Shown here: piece after piece, positions 17,119 to 30,277 of the stretch
Layout: each line of letters starts with the position of its first letter
Numbering within the stretch: the first letter of the stretch is position 1
DNA from: Candidatus Enterousia sp.
Lineage (GTDB): Bacteria > Pseudomonadota > Alphaproteobacteria > Rs-D84
NCBI GenBank assembly: GCA_045530935.1
Contig: JAZSDC010000034.1
Location: 875-64,874, forward strand
Direction: 5' to 3'
Length of the DNA: 64,000 nucleotides
The notes under the pieces: generated by a model
What the model saw: only the letters and a program-made list of their open reading frames with translations
Databases searched by the model: none
Told to the model about the DNA's origin: nothing
Translations under genes and position numbers: made by a program

Positions 17119-19725
17119 TTATTTTTTCCACAGTAATAAACGTAAAAAGTTTATTGGTATAATCAGCAAAGACATCGCAAATATAACTGCCCACTGTGTT
17201 GCAGACAATGGAACCAGTTGCAACAAGCTGCCACCAAATGTTACACAGAACATATTTGCAGCCAATACACCGATTGCGACCATTATGAACATTGGATTTG
17301 TTTGTATGCGCGCCAGCAGATTAAACCCATCTACGCGGACACAAAATCCATTAACAATTGCCACTGTTACTAATAATGCAAATCTTGCAGACATATATGT
17401 ATCTGGTGTTGCGAACAACTGTTCAATGAATGGAATTTGGAACAGTGCAAATATCGCAACAAACCCAATAGTTGTCCACAAAATCTGCATCAAGACAGGA
17501 CGCGAAATAAGTGGGGCGTTTTTTCCTTGGGCTGGTTCTCTCATATATTCTGGACGCGATGGTTCCCCACCAAATGCTAGTGAATTTAAACTGTCCATAA
17601 CTATATTGATTATCAGTATTTGAACTGCTGTGAATGCATCAAAACCAAACAGTATTGGATACAAGATGCTTAAAATAACCAACCCAAAATTAATTGGCAG
17701 TTGGAATTTTAAAAAGCTTTTTACATTATGAACAAATGTGCGCCCCAGCAATATACTATTTGCAATCGATATAAAGTTATTATCTGTAATTATTATATCG
17801 CTGGATTCTTTGCATACGTCTGTGCCATCACCCATTGCGAATCCGACATCTGCGCGCTTCAATGCGGGTGCGTCATTAGTGCCGTCGCCACACATACCAA
17901 TGCATTTATTTATTGATTGGGCCAGTTTTACGATACGTAACTTTGTCCCAGGGGTTGCGCGTGCAATAACCTTAATTTTTGGCAGTAATTTTTTTGCCTG
18001 CGCGTCTGTCATTTCGTCCAGTTCTGCAGCTGTTATAGCAATATCGTTATCAGATGATATTATCTTGCAGTCTTTTGCAATTGCGCGTGCAGTATCTAAT
18101 ATATCACCTGTAATCATCATGACCTGTACACCCGAAGTATTCATTGAATTTACAACCTCTGGCACCCCTGGTCGAACGTCATCACGCATTGCGACTAATG
18201 AAATAAATATTAGGTTATCTGGTATTGTGTCTGCAAATTTACCGTCTGGTGAAAATGCAGTTGCGACCAAGCGCATCGCACGGTTGGCGTTTTCGGATAT
18301 TAAATTATTAATAACTTTCTTGTTGATTTTATGTAATTTGCCTTGTTCGTCGATATATTTATCTGTATGTGCTAAAATGACTTCTGGCGCACCCATAAAA
18401 TAAGATATTCCATTATCTGTACGTACAGCTGAAAATTTGTTTGTGCTATTAAATGCCAGTCTATCCTTTATTATGGTTTCACGTTGGATATTGTTAATAT
18501 AATTCATTTCTGGGCGTATTGCTTCAAACAGGGCGCGTCCTGTCATATTTCCACCAATTAAATCGCCATCTGGGTCATATACAACCCCTGTAACAAGGGC
18601 AATGTTTTTAAGAAATGTTTCTTTTGCATGAAATCCGTTGTTTAATACAAATCCCATGTCTTCACCATTGCCTAAAAAATTATGTAATGGTTGTAAAAAT
18701 CCTTTTGTTAGGGTGCCTGTTTTGTCGGTGCATAACAGTTGAATATTTCCTGCCTCTGGTATCTTATGTGGATTTTTTGCCAAAATATTATTTTTAATCA
18801 TTGTGTTAACATTTTGACCGGTAATTATGCCAATAATAAATGGCAGGCCTTCTGGAACTGCAGCTACAAATATTGTTAATGCGATTGTTGCAGAAGATAA
18901 TATTGTATATATTAATCCTGCATCTCCGCTGACACCATTTTTTATCAGATTGACAGCTAATAAAACCCCAAAAATCACGACTGCGCACACGGAACCAATT
19001 TTGCTAATCAGTGCAGCCAGATTGTCCAATTGAATCTGTAAAGTTGTCTTAACTTCGTTAATGCTGTTCAAAGAAGCCATAATTTTAGCATTTTCTGTTT
19101 CCATACCAATTCGCGCAACGCGTATTTTGCCTTCTCCGCTTAAAACAGTTGTTCCTGAAAAAACCAGGTGTTTATCAACATAACTATCTGCTGTAATCGC
19201 AGCATTACGATTATATTTGTATGTGTCTGATACAGGTGTTTTTTCTGCCTCGGCGCTTTCACCATTTAATATTGCATTATTCACACTGATTGCGCCTTCG
19301 ACCAAGTACCCATCGGCGCAAATTGTTTCGCCTGCCTGTACAATAATGATATCATCAACCACTACGTCATAGCTGTCCAATCGTTTGACCACTCCATCAC
19401 GTAAAACGTTTGCATACAATTGAGATGATTTACGGCGTAATTCCTCTGCACTGCGTTGCGTTTTTAATTTTGTCCAAACAGTCGTAGTCGCTACGACAAA
19501 CAACACAATACCGATTCCTATTGCCTCGGAAATACTGCCATAACCACTGATGCCTAATGCAACAAATATCAGCATCAGCAGTAATAATATCATGTTTAAT
19601 TTATCCTGGAATACTTCCACAAAAAACTGCCATCCCGTTTTTAACTTTGGGGCTGCAACTTCGTTTCGTCCATATTTTTCGCGGCTTTTTATAACTTGTG
19701 CTTGTGTCAAGCCATTCAAATTCAT
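17119..19725 (-). CDS. P-type cation-transporting ATPase (P2/P3-type, Ca2+/Mg2+-like)
   Basis: Carries DKTGTLT, TGD, GDGTND and PEGL motifs; 868 aa. Confidence 0.85.
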   Translation of the reverse strand: MNLNGLTQAQVIKSREKYGRNEVAAPKLKTGWQFFVEVFQDKLNMILLLLMLIFVALGISGYGSISEAIGIGIVLFVVATTTVWTKLKTQRSAEELRRKSSQLYANVLRDGVVKRLDSYDVVVDDIIIVQAGETICADGYLVEGAISVNNAILNGESAEAEKTPVSDTYKYNRNAAITADSYVDKHLVFSGTTVLSGEGKIRVARIGMETENAKIMASLNSINEVKTTLQIQLDNLAALISKIGSVCAVVIFGVLLAVNLIKNGVSGDAGLIYTILSSATIALTIFVAAVPEGLPFIIGIITGQNVNTMIKNNILAKNPHKIPEAGNIQLLCTDKTGTLTKGFLQPLHNFLGNGEDMGFVLNNGFHAKETFLKNIALVTGVVYDPDGDLIGGNMTGRALFEAIRPEMNYINNIQRETIIKDRLAFNSTNKFSAVRTDNGISYFMGAPEVILAHTDKYIDEQGKLHKINKKVINNLISENANRAMRLVATAFSPDGKFADTIPDNLIFISLVAMRDDVRPGVPEVVNSMNTSGVQVMMITGDILDTARAIAKDCKIISSDNDIAITAAELDEMTDAQAKKLLPKIKVIARATPGTKLRIVKLAQSINKCIGMCGDGTNDAPALKRADVGFAMGDGTDVCKESSDIIITDNNFISIANSILLGRTFVHNVKSFLKFQLPINFGLVILSILYPILFGFDAFTAVQILIINIVMDSLNSLAFGGEPSRPEYMREPAQGKNAPLISRPVLMQILWTTIGFVAIFALFQIPFIEQLFATPDTYMSARFALLVTVAIVNGFCVRVDGFNLLARIQTNPMFIMVAIGVLAANMFCVTFGGSLLQLVPLSATQWAVIFAMSLLIIPINFLRLLLWKK

Positions 19726-19824
19726 TTTCTACTTCCTTTGGCAAATAATTAATAAAAAATGTATACACTTTTTAGTTTATAAAAACAAGAAATAAAAACG
19801 TATTATATAAGATTAAAATGCTTT

Positions 19825-19851
19825 TGACATACACTTGTGTTTTATTATAGT
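19825..19851 (+). promoter_or_regulatory. Putative sigma70-type promoter for lrgAB
   Basis: TTGACA at 19825-19830, then a 15-nt spacer and TATAGT at 19846-19851. The short spacer lowers confidence. Confidence 0.3.
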
Positions 19852-19878
19852 ATTTGTATCAAGACACATGGGGGGCGT

Positions 19879-20250
19879 GTGAAATATATTTACCAATTTT
19901 GTATAATAATACTTTTTGTCATGTTGGGTGAATTGTGCGAATATTTTATCCCACTGCCTATCGCGGGCAGCATTTATGGTTTGGTATTATTATTTCTTTC
20001 ATTGGTTTTTGGGATTGTAAAGTTGCACTGGGTTGAAGATGTTGCAAATTGGTTTCATAACACAATGGCGTTATTTTTTGTTGCGCCTGCTGTTGCTGTG
20101 ATTGATATATGGGGCGACATTTCAGATGTTTGGTGGATTTTAGTATTGTTGATGATTGTTGTATATATTGTTACAATGCTGATGACTGGACTTACTGCGG
20201 ATGCATTGATTAATAAAAGTAATAATCAGAAAAGGGGGCGCAGGAAATGA
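19879..20250 (+). CDS. lrgA: LrgA/CidA holin-like murein hydrolase modulator
   Basis: A small protein with four TM segments. A GTG start at 19879 follows GGGGGGC. Its stop overlaps the start of lrgB. Confidence 0.7.
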   Translation: MKYIYQFCIIILFVMLGELCEYFIPLPIAGSIYGLVLLFLSLVFGIVKLHWVEDVANWFHNTMALFFVAPAVAVIDIWGDISDVWWILVLLMIVVYIVTMLMTGLTADALINKSNNQKRGRRK

Positions 20251-20945
20251 CAGGATTCCTTTACGCATCCCAATATTTTGGTGTTGTGTTAACCTTGGTT
20301 GTATTTTCATTGGCGTACATTATTAATAAAAAACTGCCATCGGCATTGACAACACCATTATTTTTATCAACTGTATTTATTATATTGATTTTAGTATGGA
20401 CTGGCATCCCATATGAAAAATATAATGCCAGTGCACAATATATAACATATTTTTTAGTTCCGCTAACGGTATCTTTCGCGATACCAATGTATAAGCAGTT
20501 GCCATTATTAAAGAAACATGTCTGGTCAATATTGTTGTCTGTTTTAATAGGCGTTATTTGTTCTGTACTAACCGTTATATTCATTTGTATATTTTTTGGT
20601 CTGGGGGATATGATTGCGCGTTCTTTGGCATCTATTTCTGTAACGACTGCGATTGCCATTGGAATTACAGAAAAATTAGGTGGCGTGGTCGCATTAACCG
20701 TATCTTCTGTAATTATAACTGGAATTCTGGGCGCTTCTGTCAGTGATGTTGTGTGTCGGAAAATCGGACTGCACAGTCCAATTGCGCGTGGCTTGGCGAT
20801 TGGTAATGCGGCGCATGCCGCCGGTACAACCAAGGCAATGCAAATGGGACCTGTCGAAGGCGCGTTAAGCAGCCTGGCAATCGTGCTGTCTGGGTTAATG
20901 ACTGCAATAATCGCGCCATTGGCTATATGGGTGTTTTTTGGATAA
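20247..20945 (+). CDS. lrgB: LrgB/CidB family membrane protein
   Basis: A 232-aa polytopic protein translationally coupled to lrgA (ATGA overlap). Confidence 0.75.
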   Translation: MTGFLYASQYFGVVLTLVVFSLAYIINKKLPSALTTPLFLSTVFIILILVWTGIPYEKYNASAQYITYFLVPLTVSFAIPMYKQLPLLKKHVWSILLSVLIGVICSVLTVIFICIFFGLGDMIARSLASISVTTAIAIGITEKLGGVVALTVSSVIITGILGASVSDVVCRKIGLHSPIARGLAIGNAAHAAGTTKAMQMGPVEGALSSLAIVLSGLMTAIIAPLAIWVFFG

Positions 20946-20959
20946 TGTAATAAAAAAAG

Positions 20960-21715
20960 GTGTATAAAATGAAAATGATTAATAAACTAAAATCAATTCC
21001 TGGAATTTGGACGATTGTTCTGGCCATTGGTATTGCATCAGGCGGTTTTTTTATTGGTGATGGAATTTATCGTGCGATGTCTGGTCGAACCGTTACCGTC
21101 AAGGGGTTAGCGGAACGTGATGTTGTTGCAGATACCGCGCTTTGGAATATCAAGATAAATGGTGTTGGTGGTGATTTAGGTGTGTTACAGGCAGATATTG
21201 ATAACGATATTGCACAAATTCATGCTTTCTTGATTGATTCTGGTTTTGCAGCTGAAGATATACAAAATTTGCGCGTTCAGGTGCGTGATAAATATGCGGG
21301 CTATTCAGACGCAGAATTGCGTGCACAAAATAATGACGGACGATATGTTATAGATACAGGTGTGATGGTGCGTTCGCACAATGTTCAACTGGTTGATGCT
21401 GTATCGCGCAAGATGGGCGAATTAGTTCGTCGTGGTATTACCGTTACCGAAGATTATTCTGGACCTATTTATATATTTAATGGTTTAAATGATATCAAGA
21501 TTTCTATGATAGAGCAGGCGACCAAAAACGCCACCGCCGCAGGCGAACAATTTGCAAAAGATGCGGATGCGCGCCTTGGAAAAATTAAAAGTGCAAACCA
21601 GGGTGTGTTCAGTATTGAATCACGTGATCCGACAGACACATGGTCGTCTAATGAGCGTCAATCAATAAACAAGAAAGTTCGTGTTGTCGCAACGATTACA
21701 TTCTATTTAAAATAA
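20960..21715 (+). CDS. SIMPL (DUF541) periplasmic protein
   Basis: An N-terminal TM or signal segment followed by a DUF541-like core. A paralog lies at 47300..48034. Confidence 0.6.
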   Translation: MYKMKMINKLKSIPGIWTIVLAIGIASGGFFIGDGIYRAMSGRTVTVKGLAERDVVADTALWNIKINGVGGDLGVLQADIDNDIAQIHAFLIDSGFAAEDIQNLRVQVRDKYAGYSDAELRAQNNDGRYVIDTGVMVRSHNVQLVDAVSRKMGELVRRGITVTEDYSGPIYIFNGLNDIKISMIEQATKNATAAGEQFAKDADARLGKIKSANQGVFSIESRDPTDTWSSNERQSINKKVRVVATITFYLK

Positions 21716-21738
21716 GGAAATGCCCATCTGGGCATTTT

Positions 21739-23790
<2,052 letters not shown>

Positions 23791-24438
23791 TTACAATCCA
23801 AATTTATATACGGCGCCAAAATAGAATTCTGTTGCGTCAACATCGGTTGTTGCAAATGTTCCGTTATAGCGTTTATGTTCAACTTCGCCATAATATTGAT
23901 ATTTTACGCCCAGGTTTAAATCAATCCTGTCATTAAGAGCAAAATTGACACCTGCCATCAGACTGTATGACAAATCAAATACAGAATCTTCCATCAGGTT
24001 GTACGGTGTTTTTACGTCGCCCCAAATTGTTGCAAAGCCCAATCCTAAACCAACATATGGTGCAACAGTGTATTCATATTCTTGAAATAAATAAACATTG
24101 AACATATTTGCCCATACGTCAAAATCGTATTTGTTTGCACGCTTGGTTTCTGACGTTCCCACGTACAAGGTTTCGAATTCGATTTTTACATGATTGTTTA
24201 ATTTGTTACCAACAATTGCCCCAAATCCAAAGTTGTCAGAACGTATTGTTGAATTTCCGCCATCGCGAACATCGTATTTTAATGCCAGGCTTTCATTCTT
24301 ATGAATTCTGATACCGGCGTATGTTTCATATTTGGCAGCGTTATCTTTGTATTCATAATAGTCATACCCATCCATATATTCCTGTGCCATCGTTGGCATT
24401 GCGGCCATGCATGATAAAATAATTAAAATTTTTTTCAT
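23791..24438 (-). CDS. Outer-membrane beta-barrel protein (OmpA-like/opacity-porin family)
   Basis: Signal peptide MKKILIILSCMAAMPTMA, followed by alternating amphipathic beta-strand residues. Confidence 0.6.
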   Translation of the reverse strand: MKKILIILSCMAAMPTMAQEYMDGYDYYEYKDNAAKYETYAGIRIHKNESLALKYDVRDGGNSTIRSDNFGFGAIVGNKLNNHVKIEFETLYVGTSETKRANKYDFDVWANMFNVYLFQEYEYTVAPYVGLGLGFATIWGDVKTPYNLMEDSVFDLSYSLMAGVNFALNDRIDLNLGVKYQYYGEVEHKRYNGTFATTDVDATEFYFGAVYKFGL

Positions 24439-24498
24439 ATATCCTTCCCTTTTGTTTTTATGCTATCATTATAATTATAAATACTGGTAAAACGCAAG

Positions 24499-26304
24499 TT
24501 GTTTGTGCTAGCATTCCTATCAAAGGAGATAAAATTGCCACGTAATAACATGTCAAGAAAAACGCCCGAGCTACGTAAGCCATCGCTAAAACGACGTTTT
24601 TTTGTTTTGATGTTTAATGTATTTTTGCTGTCATGTGTTATATTATTTGGCTATGTGTCATACATATATTTGCGTATGCCTTCGTTGGATACGATATTGC
24701 ACGAAACACGCGAAGCCACAGTCATTTTCCTGGATAAAAACGGTAACGAGATTCGCAGTGCAAATCGCATCATGGGTACGCCAGTATCTGTTGAAACATT
24801 ACCGGCACATGTATGGCAGGCAATCGTTGCAATTGAAGATAAGCGTTTCTTTCAACATGGCCCGATTGATATACGTGGTATCGCACGCGCAGTTATTTCT
24901 AATTTGGTATCGGGGCGCATCACATCTGGCGGTTCAACTATAACCCAGCAAACGGCCAAGAATATATTTTTATCTCGTAAAAAAAAGATTTCTCGCAAGG
25001 TTCAAGAGTTAATATTATCACATTGGCTAGAAAATCGCTTTAACAAGAACCAGATTCTAGATTTATACATGAACCGTGTCTCTTTGGTTGGTGGGTTGCG
25101 CGGTATTGACGCTGCATCTCGTGCAATGTTTGGTATACCTGCGTCCCAGATGTCAATTGGTCAATCTGCCCAGATTGCTGCAATGCTAAAGGCACCAACG
25201 TCTTATAGCCCATTGCGTCACCCAGATAAGAATATTGCGCGTGCGCGCACAGTTTTAACCGAAATGGTTCGCCAGGGTTATATCACTATAACCCAGGCCA
25301 GAATTGCGGCTCAAAATTTAAAGCCCGCAACCCAGGTTGCAGATACAAACCTGTATCGTTATTGGACTGATTTTGTTATGGATGAATTAAAATCACGAAT
25401 TGGTGGATTTGAAACAGATATGTATATTTATACAACCTTGGACAGGGGACTTCAAGATCGTATTGCCGCAATATTGCCTGAAAAAGTTGGTGAAAACCAA
25501 GGGGCAGTCGTCGTGTTAAATCCTGATGGTGCAATTCGCGCAATGTCTGGTGGGGCTGACTATCAGCGCAGTCAATTTAATCGTGTGATATCCCCACGTC
25601 AACCGGGCAGCGCATTTAAACCTGTGGTATATTTGGTTGCGCTGGAAAATGGGATGGCGCCAGACACATATGTTAATGATTCTCAGTTTGCAATTGGTGA
25701 TTATAATCCTAAAAATTATAACGAACGCTATTATGGTGATATAACATTGGCAACGGCATTTGCCAAAAGTGTAAATTCGGTCCCATTAAAGCTAACAGAA
25801 ACATACGGTATTGATTCTGTCCTGGACATGGCAGGGCGTTTGGGTGTTGGTACAAAGTTAAGACGTGAATATTCAACTGTTCTGGGTGCCTCGGAAATGA
25901 GTTTGCTGGATCTAACCAACATATATGCCGTTATTTGGAATAGTGGTCAATCTGTTCGTCCATATTCAATAACAAAAATTACAGATATGGCAGGGAAGAT
26001 AATTTATGAACGCAACCCATCCGAAGCGATTACCATATTGCAACCGCATACCGTTGAATCTATGACTGCATTATTGTCTGATGTTATTGCACCTGGTGGG
26101 ACCGGTGGTCGCGCCCGTGCGCCTGGTGTGTTGGGTGGTAAAACAGGAACCAGTAACGAAAATCGCGATGCTTGGTTTATTGGCGCAACAAGTGATATGA
26201 TAATTGGCGTTTGGATGGGAAATGATGATTTTACACCAATGGATTCAAAAATCACTGGTGGCACAATCCCGGCAGAAATTTTCCGCGAAATAGTAACGAA
26301 ATAA
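24499..26304 (+). CDS. Class A penicillin-binding protein (bifunctional GT51 transglycosylase plus transpeptidase)
   Basis: GT51 motifs EDKRFFQHGPID and GGSTITQQ; transpeptidase motifs SAFKP, SVN and KTGT. The ORF-track start is a TTG; the real start is more likely the TTG at 24535 or the ATG at 24550. Confidence 0.85.
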   Translation: MFVLAFLSKEIKLPRNNMSRKTPELRKPSLKRRFFVLMFNVFLLSCVILFGYVSYIYLRMPSLDTILHETREATVIFLDKNGNEIRSANRIMGTPVSVETLPAHVWQAIVAIEDKRFFQHGPIDIRGIARAVISNLVSGRITSGGSTITQQTAKNIFLSRKKKISRKVQELILSHWLENRFNKNQILDLYMNRVSLVGGLRGIDAASRAMFGIPASQMSIGQSAQIAAMLKAPTSYSPLRHPDKNIARARTVLTEMVRQGYITITQARIAAQNLKPATQVADTNLYRYWTDFVMDELKSRIGGFETDMYIYTTLDRGLQDRIAAILPEKVGENQGAVVVLNPDGAIRAMSGGADYQRSQFNRVISPRQPGSAFKPVVYLVALENGMAPDTYVNDSQFAIGDYNPKNYNERYYGDITLATAFAKSVNSVPLKLTETYGIDSVLDMAGRLGVGTKLRREYSTVLGASEMSLLDLTNIYAVIWNSGQSVRPYSITKITDMAGKIIYERNPSEAITILQPHTVESMTALLSDVIAPGGTGGRARAPGVLGGKTGTSNENRDAWFIGATSDMIIGVWMGNDDFTPMDSKITGGTIPAEIFREIVTK

Positions 26305-26396
26305 CTGCCAGGCGTCCATTCGGTCCTGCTGTGTTATGGGGGTGAATACGTGCGTTTGTGAAAAATGCAATTTTATGACTTTATCAAGGAATAGAT

Positions 26397-27110
26397 ATGT
26401 CAAAATATATTGATGTACATTGTCATTTGCTGGATGCGCCAAACATCAATTTGGCGATGTTAAATGCACAGAAAAAGGGTGTTGTCGCATTTGTTTGCGC
26501 ACCCGCAACACCGGCGCAATGGAATACAATTGTAGATTTAACGCATAAATATCCATTTGTATTTGGCACAGTTGGTATTCATCCGTGGAACGTGTGCGTA
26601 TTGCCGCAAAATTACATAACTATTTTGGAAGATTTGCTTATAAAAAATTCAAAATTAATGGTTGGCGAAATCGGTCTGGATAAAAATCGTCCAAACATAG
26701 ATTTGCAAACAGACGTCTTTGCGCGCCAGCTAAAAATTGCGCATAAATATAACCGCGGTGTACATTTGCATTGTGTCGGCTGTTGGGAAATTGTGATGCG
26801 TGTTTTGACGGAAAACAAAAACGCATTACCGCCTTTTATCTTGGCACATGGATTCTCTGGCAATAAAAACGATATCACTAAATTGGCAAATGAATTTAAT
26901 ATGTACTTTTCATACGGACCGCGCAATCTGCGTCACAAAAATGCTGTGGCGCGCATATTGGCAACGCCACAATCGCGTATTTTGGTTGAATCAGACGGCG
27001 CAGATTCTGATATAATACCATCGCTGGTATCGCAAATATCTGAAATATTAAATATGGAAACTGATATTTTGTCAGATATAATATACGAAAATACTAAACA
27101 GATTTTATAA
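26397..27110 (+). CDS. tatD: TatD-family metal-dependent hydrolase/DNase
   Basis: The HxH motif lies at the N-terminus (IDVHCHL); TIM-barrel hydrolase pattern. Confidence 0.8.
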   Translation: MSKYIDVHCHLLDAPNINLAMLNAQKKGVVAFVCAPATPAQWNTIVDLTHKYPFVFGTVGIHPWNVCVLPQNYITILEDLLIKNSKLMVGEIGLDKNRPNIDLQTDVFARQLKIAHKYNRGVHLHCVGCWEIVMRVLTENKNALPPFILAHGFSGNKNDITKLANEFNMYFSYGPRNLRHKNAVARILATPQSRILVESDGADSDIIPSLVSQISEILNMETDILSDIIYENTKQIL

Positions 27111-27112
27111 AC

Positions 27113-27793
27113 ATGGATATATTACACAGAACGCGTTTATTATACGGTGACAAAGGTGTCGAAAAATTAAAATCCGCAACCGTTATGGTTGTAGGTTGTG
27201 GTGCGGTTGGTTCCTTTGCGATAGAGGCGCTGGCCCGAACCGGCATTGGACATATTGTTGTTGTTGATTTTGATTGTGTCGAAGCGTCCAATATAAATCG
27301 CCAACTGTTCGCAACCATGTCCACCATTGGATTGGCCAAGGTATCTGTGGCCACCAATCGTATCCATGATATAAACCCCGAAACCCGCGTGACAGAATTA
27401 AATTTGTTTTTTGATGAACATACGGATATTGACTTTTGTCCTGATTTTATAATTGATGCAATTGATACTATCTCGTCCAAGGTTGCGCTGTACAAATGGG
27501 CGCATAAAAATAATATCCCACTGATATCATCTATGGGCGCAGCGTCCAAGACTGATTTGACCCAGATAAAAATTGCCCCAATATCTCAGACCTGTGTTTG
27601 TCCATTGGCGGGCCGTATTCGTCGCGCGGTGCGTGATGAGAAACTGCCAGATTTTCCGGCGGTGTTTTCAACCCAAACCCCGCATCCGGTAAACGGACAT
27701 GCCAAGAATCTGGGGTCTATTGTTACGGTGACGGGCACATTTGGATTAATGCTGGCAAACCATGTGATTGGCGAAATTGTCGGCGAAAAATAA
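27113..27793 (+). CDS. tcdA: tRNA threonylcarbamoyladenosine dehydratase (ThiF/MoeB/E1-like)
   Basis: GCGAVGS Rossmann motif; ThiF-family pattern. Confidence 0.75.
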   Translation: MDILHRTRLLYGDKGVEKLKSATVMVVGCGAVGSFAIEALARTGIGHIVVVDFDCVEASNINRQLFATMSTIGLAKVSVATNRIHDINPETRVTELNLFFDEHTDIDFCPDFIIDAIDTISSKVALYKWAHKNNIPLISSMGAASKTDLTQIKIAPISQTCVCPLAGRIRRAVRDEKLPDFPAVFSTQTPHPVNGHAKNLGSIVTVTGTFGLMLANHVIGEIVGEK

Positions 27794-27871
27794 CACGGTC
27801 TTTTCCTTGAAATCTTAAATAAATCCTGCTAGGATTCCATCAGTTAAATTTATATAAACAGGACAGAAAAC

Positions 27872-30268
27872 ATGAATATAGAACTTGGTAAAAATATAAA
27901 CCCTCGTGAAATTGAAACCAAAATCCAAGAATTCTGGGATAAGAACACATTTTGGAATAACGATGTAAAATCTGATAAACCATCGTTTTGCATTATGATG
28001 CCACCACCAAATGTGACTGGTTCATTACACATGGGGCACGCGATGAATAATGTTTTAACAGATATTATTTGTCGCTATAAACGCATGTCTGGTTTTGATG
28101 TCCTGTGGCAGCCGGGAACCGACCACGCATCAATTGCGACCCAGCTATTGGTTGAACGCGATTTGTCCAAGCGGGGCATTAACCCGCACGCATTATCATT
28201 ACAGGAAAAACTGGATTATGCCTGGGCATGGAAAGCGGACAAGGGTGGTCAAATTATGAACCAATTGCATATTTTGGGCGTGACACCTGTTTGGAATCGT
28301 GAACGTTTTACCATGGATGCGGGATTGTCCAGTGCGGTGACCAAACTGTTTGTAAAAATGTATAACGAGGGTCTGATTTACCGTGAAAAGCGTTTGGTAA
28401 ACTGGTGTCCAAAACAGCAAACATCCGTATCGGATTTAGAAGTTGAAACTCGTGAAGAAAAGGGCAAATTCTATTACTTTAATTATCCATTGGTTGGGGG
28501 CGGCACAATTGAAATTGCGACAACGCGTCCTGAAACATTATTTGGTGACCAAGCGATTGCGGTTCATCCTGAAAATGAAAAGTTAAAGCATTTGATTGGT
28601 CAGCGCGCGATAATCCCGTTAACTGATATAGAAATCCCAATTATCGGCGACGAACACGCAGACCCCCAAAAGGGTACAGGCGCGGTAAAAATCACACCTG
28701 CGCACGACTTTGACGACTGGGAGGTTGGTTTACGCCATAATCTGACACCGGTTTGTATTTTAACGCCCGATGCAAAAATGAATGATAATCCAGTGGTGCC
28801 CGAAAAATATCGTGGTCTGGATCGGTACAAGGCACGCGAAGCCATTGTTGCTGATATAGAAGCGGCCGGCCTGTTGGTCAAGATAGAAGACCGCACAATC
28901 CCAACGCCATATTCTGAACGCGGTCAGGTGCCAGTTGAACCATATCTGACTGACCAATGGTTTGTTGATGCCGAGAAATTAGCACAACCCGCGATTCAAG
29001 CGGTAGAGCAGGGCAAAATCAAATTCTTGCCAGAACATCGTTATAACCTGTTTATGGCATGGATGCGTGGCATTCGTCCATGGACAATTTCGCGTCAGTT
29101 GTGGTGGGGACACCATATACCGGCCTGGTATGACGCCGATGGTAACGTCTATGTTGCCGAAACCGAAGAAGATGCGACTAAACAGTCTGGTGGCAAAACA
29201 TTAACTCGCGACCCAGATGTTCTGGATACATGGTTTTCATCTGGTCTGTGGCCATTTTCAACATTGGGCTGGCCTGAGCAGACGCTGGAATTACAGAAAT
29301 ACTATCCAACAGATTTGCTGTACACCGCCGCTGACATTATCTTCTTCTGGGTTGCGCGTATGGTTATGATGGGCATTTATGTAATGGGTGATGTTCCATT
29401 TAAAGCAGTTAATTTTCATGGTCTGATTCGCGATGCCAAGGGGCAAAAAATGTCCAAGACCAAGGGCAACGGCACTGATCCATTAACCGCGGTTGATAAA
29501 TTCGGCGTTGATGCATTGCGTTATTGGATTTCAACTGCGCCAATTGGCACGGACATTCGATACAGTGATGATGAAGTTAAACGTGGTTCAAAACTGCTGA
29601 CGAAATTATGGAACGCATCAAAGTATGTTTTGATGAACCTGTCTGATTTTGAACCAGAAACCGCGAAACAAATTCCGGTATCTGAACGCTTTATCGAAGA
29701 CAGATGGGTATTGTCGGAATTGAACAAAACAATTGCCGAAACCAGAAAGTATCTGGATAAATACGACAATTATAATTCACGCGCCGCCATTGACGCGTTT
29801 TTCTGGGATATCTTCTGTGACCAGTATTTGGAATTTATCAAAGACCGATTCTGGGCGCCAGAAAAGTACAGCGCGGAATCAAAATTATCTGCCCAATGGA
29901 CATTGTACACCGTCCTGCGTGCGATAATTGGTCTGTATGCACCATTTATTCCATTCTTGACCGAAGAATTATGGCAGAAAATTTACAAATCTGCCGAAGG
30001 TGGCGAAACCTTGCACTTGACGGAATATCCGGTGGTAAAACCAGAATATGACACAGATGTATCAGAAATGAACATTGCGCTGGAAATTCTAAAAAACATC
30101 CGTGGTCTGCGTACAGACAGAAAAATCGGCAACGGGGCAAAGTTGGAAACCTTGACAATTCCATCTGATACGCCTGATGCGTTGCACGGTTTGATTAAAT
30201 CTGCCGCACGCGCCAACGATATCAAATTGGGCGATGCGCTGGATTTTGTTGTATCCGTTCAGAACTAA
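27872..30268 (+). CDS. valS: Valine--tRNA ligase
   Basis: HMGHA (HIGH) and KMSKT (KMSKS) motifs, plus valS-specific editing-domain blocks. Confidence 0.95.
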   Translation: MNIELGKNINPREIETKIQEFWDKNTFWNNDVKSDKPSFCIMMPPPNVTGSLHMGHAMNNVLTDIICRYKRMSGFDVLWQPGTDHASIATQLLVERDLSKRGINPHALSLQEKLDYAWAWKADKGGQIMNQLHILGVTPVWNRERFTMDAGLSSAVTKLFVKMYNEGLIYREKRLVNWCPKQQTSVSDLEVETREEKGKFYYFNYPLVGGGTIEIATTRPETLFGDQAIAVHPENEKLKHLIGQRAIIPLTDIEIPIIGDEHADPQKGTGAVKITPAHDFDDWEVGLRHNLTPVCILTPDAKMNDNPVVPEKYRGLDRYKAREAIVADIEAAGLLVKIEDRTIPTPYSERGQVPVEPYLTDQWFVDAEKLAQPAIQAVEQGKIKFLPEHRYNLFMAWMRGIRPWTISRQLWWGHHIPAWYDADGNVYVAETEEDATKQSGGKTLTRDPDVLDTWFSSGLWPFSTLGWPEQTLELQKYYPTDLLYTAADIIFFWVARMVMMGIYVMGDVPFKAVNFHGLIRDAKGQKMSKTKGNGTDPLTAVDKFGVDALRYWISTAPIGTDIRYSDDEVKRGSKLLTKLWNASKYVLMNLSDFEPETAKQIPVSERFIEDRWVLSELNKTIAETRKYLDKYDNYNSRAAIDAFFWDIFCDQYLEFIKDRFWAPEKYSAESKLSAQWTLYTVLRAIIGLYAPFIPFLTEELWQKIYKSAEGGETLHLTEYPVVKPEYDTDVSEMNIALEILKNIRGLRTDRKIGNGAKLETLTIPSDTPDALHGLIKSAARANDIKLGDALDFVVSVQN

Positions 30269-30277
30269 GGTGTCATC

